Positions 23,702 through 27,299 of a stretch of DNA of 27,299 bases are shown here, piece after piece (the stretch's first letter is position 1; every line of letters starts with the position of its first letter). This DNA is from Erysipelotrichaceae bacterium (GTDB taxonomy: Bacteria; Bacillota; Negativicutes; Veillonellales; Dialisteraceae), in the NCBI GenBank assembly GCA_963651795.1, contig CAVJQK010000001.1:1-27299 (forward strand). Reading direction: 5' to 3'. Below the pieces are notes generated by a model. It ran no database searches, had not been told where the DNA came from, and was given only the letters and a program-made list of their open reading frames with translations. Position numbers and translations under genes: made by a program.

Positions 23702-23867
23702 GCTGGGAGCAGGGAGCTAGGAGCTAGGAGCTAGGAGCTTTAAAGGAGCGCTGCGCGGCATTTTTATAATCGGCGCTTCGCGCCTCGCCGGCTTTGCCGG
23801 CATAAAACAGATTTGTCGCCGAAGGCGACACCTTTAAAAGCCGTTACCCGTTAGCCGTCAGCTATTG
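23702..23867. repeat. Complete two-armed repeat element (MITE/REP-like) with inverted end boxes, four triloop hairpins and heptamer arrays on both sides
   Basis: (GCTAGGA)-type x5 at 23702-23736, GCTTTAAAGG at 23737-23746, hairpins at 23749-57, 23772-84, 23787-801 and 23814-30, CCTTTAAAAGC at 23831-23841, and (GCCGTTA)-type x3-4 at 23840-23867. Confidence 0.8.
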
Positions 23868-23881
23868 CACAAATGACACAC

Positions 23882-23922
23882 AAAAAGGCTCGGGCAAAAT
23901 GCAAAAGCGTTTTGCCCGAGCC
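23882..23922 (-). terminator. Intrinsic terminator of ileS
   Basis: 16-bp stem GGCTCGGGCAAAATGC/GCGTTTTGCCCGAGCC with T5 on the minus strand. Confidence 0.88.
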
Positions 23923-23941
23923 CCATTTGCTCTAAATGGAA

Positions 23942-26779
23942 TTATTCTTCTTCAATGCCCTCTTCTTCCAGCACTTTCGCACAGCGGGCGCAGAGATGCG
24001 GATGCTTGGAATCGGATCCGACCGTCGGATCGTGTTTCCAGCAGCGTTCGCATTTTTCGCGTGTGGCGGCCGCGACTGCGACTTTCACGGTACCCGCTTC
24101 ATTGGAAACGGACGTTTCCGGTGCATGTTCCGTCCCGGAAACGAGCGTCACGGTGCTGACGATGCAGAAATCGGGAAGGAAATCTTTCATTTCGGCAAGC
24201 GCCTCGTAATCTTCACCGTCGGCGTAAACGGTGACATCGGCATCCAAAGCGTGCCCGATTTCTTTGGCGACGCGCGCTTCTTCGAGTGCTTTCGTGATGA
24301 CGGAGCGGAGCGCCAGACGCTTATTCCAAGTTTCCTCAAGCGCCGTATCCAGATATTCCGGCTTCGCTTCCGGCCAATCCGCCAGATGGACGCTGGCTTC
24401 GCGATTCGTTGCGGCGGGGAGTGCCTGCCAGACTTCTTCGGCCGTGAAGGAAATGACCGGCGCCATGATGCGGACGAGTGTCGTCAGAATTTCGTACATG
24501 GCCGTCTGCGCGCTGCGGCGGGCGAGGCTGTCGGATTTTTCGGTGTAAAGACGATCTTTCAGGACGTCCAGATAAATGGCGGAGAGATCCACGGTGCAGA
24601 AATTGTGTACCGCATGATACATGACGTGGAATTGATATTCTTCCATCGCCGCGGTGACTTCTTCTTTCACGCGTTCGAGGCGAAGGAGCGCCCAGCGATC
24701 GAATTCCGTCATATCCGCATAGGCGACGGCATCCGTTTCCGGATTAAAATCGTAAAGATTGCCGAGGAGATAGCGGAATGTATTTCTGATTTTCCGATAC
24801 ACTTCGCTCATCGCTTTGATGATTTTATTGCCGAGACGCACGTCGCTCTGGTAATCGACGCTGGAAATCCAGAGGCGCAATACATCGGCGCCGAATTTGT
24901 CGATAATTTCCTGCGGCGCGACGACGTTTCCGACAGATTTGGACATTTTCCGTCCGTTTTCATCCATGGTGAAACCGTGCGTCAAAAGTGCCTGATACGG
25001 TGCGTGCCCATTCACGGCGACGCTCGTCAGAAGGGAGCTGTGGAACCAGCCGCGATGCTGATCGGCGCCTTCCAGATACATTTCGACCGGGTAATCCATA
25101 TCCGGCGCTTGACGGCAAACGCCGTTCCACGTGGAGCCGGAGTCGAACCACACATCCATGATATCCGTTTCTTTTTTGAAATGCGTGCCGCCGCAATGCG
25201 GGCATTTGAAACCTTCGGGCAGAAGCTCTTCGGCCGTATGCGCCCACCAGGCGTCGGTGCTTTCTTTTTCGACCCATTTCATGACGGATTCGACGGATTC
25301 GTCGGTGATAATCGGTTTCCCGCATTCTTCGCAATAGAAGGCCGGAATCGGGACGCCCCAGCTTCTCTGGCGGGAAATGCACCAATCCTGGCGATCGCGA
25401 ATCATATTGTAAAGACGGTCGTGGCCCCAAGCCGGGTAGAATTTCGTATCATCCACGGCTTTCAAAGCCGCTTCGCGGAATTGATTGATGGAGGCGAACC
25501 ACTGGTCCGTCGCGCGGTAAATAATCGGTTCTTTGCAGCGCCAGCAATGCGCATATTGATGGTGGAGCGTCTTTTTGCCGAGGAGCATGCCCGCATGGGC
25601 GAGAGCCGCGATTTCTTTTCCTTCCGCATCCCAGGTGGAGAGGCCGACGAGATTTTCATCTTCGCAGGCGGCCGTCATGTTTCCTTTTTCATCGACGGGG
25701 CAGAGCGGATCCAAATGAAGGAGTCCTTTATTATTGTACGATTGTACGACTTCAAAGTCGTCGACGCCGTGGCCCGGTGCCGTATGAACGCAGCCCGTGC
25801 CGGCTTCCGTCGTGACATGGTTTCCGAGAAGAACATAGGACAGACGGTCGATAAGCGGATGACGGAACGTCGCGAGTTCCCATTCTTCACCCGTCATTTC
25901 GCGGCCGACGAGCTCATAATCTTTTACGCCGCAATCGGCCAGGGACGCTTCGTACAAATCTTTGCACATCAGATAGTACGCATCGGCTTCTTTATCGTGC
26001 ACCCATACATACGTGAATTTCGGATTGACACAAATGGCAAGGTTCGCCGGAATGGTCCATGGCGTCGTCGTCCAAATGACGGCAAACAATTTTTCCTGCG
26101 GCACACCCACAGGTCCCAGACCCTTAATGTCAACGGCCGGGAATTTGACGTAAATAGAAGGAGATTTGCGATCCTTGTATTCAATTTCCGCTTCGGCCAG
26201 AGCCGTCTCGCAATGCGGACACCAATAGACAGCTTTCTTTCCTTTGTAAATATATCCTTTGGATGCCATTTTTCCGAAAACTTCCAGCTCGCACGCTTCC
26301 ACCTTCGGATCGAATGTCACATACGGATGATCCCAATCACCTATGACACCCAGGCGAATAAAATCCTGTTTCTGAATTTCAATCCATTTTTTCGCATATG
26401 CCAAACATTTACGACGAAGTTCCAATGGCGTCATATTGGCGCGATCTTCGCCGGAGCTTTTCAGCACCGCATATTCGATCGGCAGCCCGTGCGTATCCCA
26501 GCCCGGCACATAATTCGCGTATTTGCCGCGCATCGCATGATATTTCACAATAATATCTTTAATCGTTTTATTCAAAGCGTGCCCGATGTGAATCGTGCCG
26601 TTCGCATATGGAGGCCCGTCGTGCAATACAAATTTCGGCGCACCGTTTCTTTTTTCCAAACGTTTATGATACAAATCCAAATCCTGCCAGAATTTCAAAA
26701 ATCCCGGTTCCTTTTGCGGCAAATTACCGCGCATCGGAAAATCCGTCTGCGGCAAATGCAGCGTCTTGCTGTAATCCAT
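23942..26779 (-). CDS. ileS: Isoleucine--tRNA ligase (bacterial type 1)
   Basis: HDGPPYANG, HIGH, WTTTPWT, DWCISRQR, KMSKS and a C-terminal CERCW..CARC Zn finger. GGAGG RBS. Confidence 0.98.
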   Translation of the reverse strand: MDYSKTLHLPQTDFPMRGNLPQKEPGFLKFWQDLDLYHKRLEKRNGAPKFVLHDGPPYANGTIHIGHALNKTIKDIIVKYHAMRGKYANYVPGWDTHGLPIEYAVLKSSGEDRANMTPLELRRKCLAYAKKWIEIQKQDFIRLGVIGDWDHPYVTFDPKVEACELEVFGKMASKGYIYKGKKAVYWCPHCETALAEAEIEYKDRKSPSIYVKFPAVDIKGLGPVGVPQEKLFAVIWTTTPWTIPANLAICVNPKFTYVWVHDKEADAYYLMCKDLYEASLADCGVKDYELVGREMTGEEWELATFRHPLIDRLSYVLLGNHVTTEAGTGCVHTAPGHGVDDFEVVQSYNNKGLLHLDPLCPVDEKGNMTAACEDENLVGLSTWDAEGKEIAALAHAGMLLGKKTLHHQYAHCWRCKEPIIYRATDQWFASINQFREAALKAVDDTKFYPAWGHDRLYNMIRDRQDWCISRQRSWGVPIPAFYCEECGKPIITDESVESVMKWVEKESTDAWWAHTAEELLPEGFKCPHCGGTHFKKETDIMDVWFDSGSTWNGVCRQAPDMDYPVEMYLEGADQHRGWFHSSLLTSVAVNGHAPYQALLTHGFTMDENGRKMSKSVGNVVAPQEIIDKFGADVLRLWISSVDYQSDVRLGNKIIKAMSEVYRKIRNTFRYLLGNLYDFNPETDAVAYADMTEFDRWALLRLERVKEEVTAAMEEYQFHVMYHAVHNFCTVDLSAIYLDVLKDRLYTEKSDSLARRSAQTAMYEILTTLVRIMAPVISFTAEEVWQALPAATNREASVHLADWPEAKPEYLDTALEETWNKRLALRSVITKALEEARVAKEIGHALDADVTVYADGEDYEALAEMKDFLPDFCIVSTVTLVSGTEHAPETSVSNEAGTVKVAVAAATREKCERCWKHDPTVGSDSKHPHLCARCAKVLEEEGIEEE

Positions 26780-26821
26780 GTCCCCAATCCTCCAAAAAAA
26801 TATTTCAAAAAATCATCGGAA

Positions 26822-27035
26822 ACAAAAAAAATCCCGCCCGTAAGGGGCGAGAAACTTTCCCGTGGTACCACCCTCATGACGCAAGCGCCACTCGGTACAG
26901 TTAACGATGTCCCGGCGGGGCATTTCCTCCCCGCATGCTCCGGAGTGATTCATTCGCGCATCCCGTACCCTCTTCCACCGCCCGAGGGCTCTCTATGCCG
27001 GTCCGACACACGAAACGTCTCCATCTCTGCAATAT
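26822..27035 (-). ncRNA. T-box riboswitch leader (Ile specifier) of ileS
   Basis: Minus strand shows AGAGAG and GGTGGAA stem-I motifs, the specifier ATC at 26949-26947, the T-box AGGGTGGTACCACG at 26874-26861, and the terminator TCTCGCCC-CTTAC-GGGCGGGA-T8. Confidence 0.95.
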
Positions 27036-27040
27036 GGAAT

Positions 27041-27069
27041 ATATTATAAGAAATTCAAAGCCGCGTCAA
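27041..27069 (-). promoter_or_regulatory. Promoter of the ileS T-box leader
   Basis: Minus strand TTGACG (27069-27064) with TATAAT at 15 bp or TAATAT at 17 bp spacing. Confidence 0.6.
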
Positions 27070-27108
27070 GTGCCAAAATCACAAAAAGATGAAGAAACGG
27101 AACGTTTA

Positions 27109-27117
27109 TGATATACT
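27109..27117 (+). promoter_or_regulatory. Extended -10 promoter for tRNA-Arg(CCT)
   Basis: TG-A-TATACT about 58 bp upstream of the tRNA. Confidence 0.5.
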
Positions 27118-27174
27118 GTACATGAAAATTTTCCGTTTTTTCCCGATTTTAGAAAACAAAAAAGCGGAAACTTT

Positions 27175-27251
27175 GCGTCCATAGCTCAGCCGGATAGAGC
27201 AGCGGTTTCCTAAACCGCGTGTCGTGTGTTCGAATCACATTGGGCGCACCA
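27175..27251 (+). tRNA. tRNA-Arg (anticodon CCT)
   Basis: GCGTCCA/TGGGCGC acceptor, GCGGT-TTCCTAA-ACCGC anticodon arm, TTCGAAT T-loop, CCA end. Confidence 0.97.
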
Positions 27252-27254
27252 TAC

Positions 27255-27299
27255 AAAGATCGTGAAAACCGTACAGTCATTTTTCACGGTCTTTTTTTT
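27255..27299 (+). terminator. Intrinsic terminator after tRNA-Arg(CCT)
   Basis: GATCGTGAAAA / TTTTCACGGTC stem followed by T8. Confidence 0.8.

Noticed and set aside
23936..27049. 1037-aa plus-strand ORF
   Set aside because: Antisense shadow of ileS and its T-box, with no recognisable motifs. Long antisense frames are expected from this codon bias.
27175..27299. tRNA-Arg(CCT) as an integration site for an island
   Set aside because: The terminator follows immediately, and no duplicated tRNA 3' end or integrase is visible in the window.

Overview
This looks like origin-proximal chromosomal DNA from a diderm Firmicute. A Negativicutes/Dialister-like source is an inference from gene content, a T-box leader and sigma-A-type promoters. 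Left to right: tRNA-Arg(ACG) and tRNA-Trp, a CPA2 antiporter, a class A PBP, a DtxR/MntR regulator, and a minus-strand type IV pilus/competence locus. That locus holds a pilin, prepilin peptidase, four minor pilins, PilM/N, PilO-like, an aroK-like kinase, an inserted corA, then pilB, pilT and pilC, with no secretin. Next come an MFS transporter, a FAD oxidoreductase-purB pair and purA, a three-gene nitrogenase-like (H/D/K) operon, T-box-regulated ileS and tRNA-Arg(CCT). Five signals stand out. (1) The nitrogenase-like HDK operon keeps all six P-cluster-type Cys but appears to lack the FeMo-cofactor ligands and has no nifENB in the window. (2) An intergenic element family recurs at five sites: a conserved GMTT..AGG box and a GNA-triloop hairpin (complete or truncated) abut 7-8 bp tandem arrays whose unit differs between sites. 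(3) Three perfect parS sites are embedded in pilus genes. (4) The pilin promoter is duplicated exactly over 28 bp. (5) The tRNA-Trp has a compensatory A19-U56 elbow pair. All protein calls come from motif recognition by eye; no database search was run.
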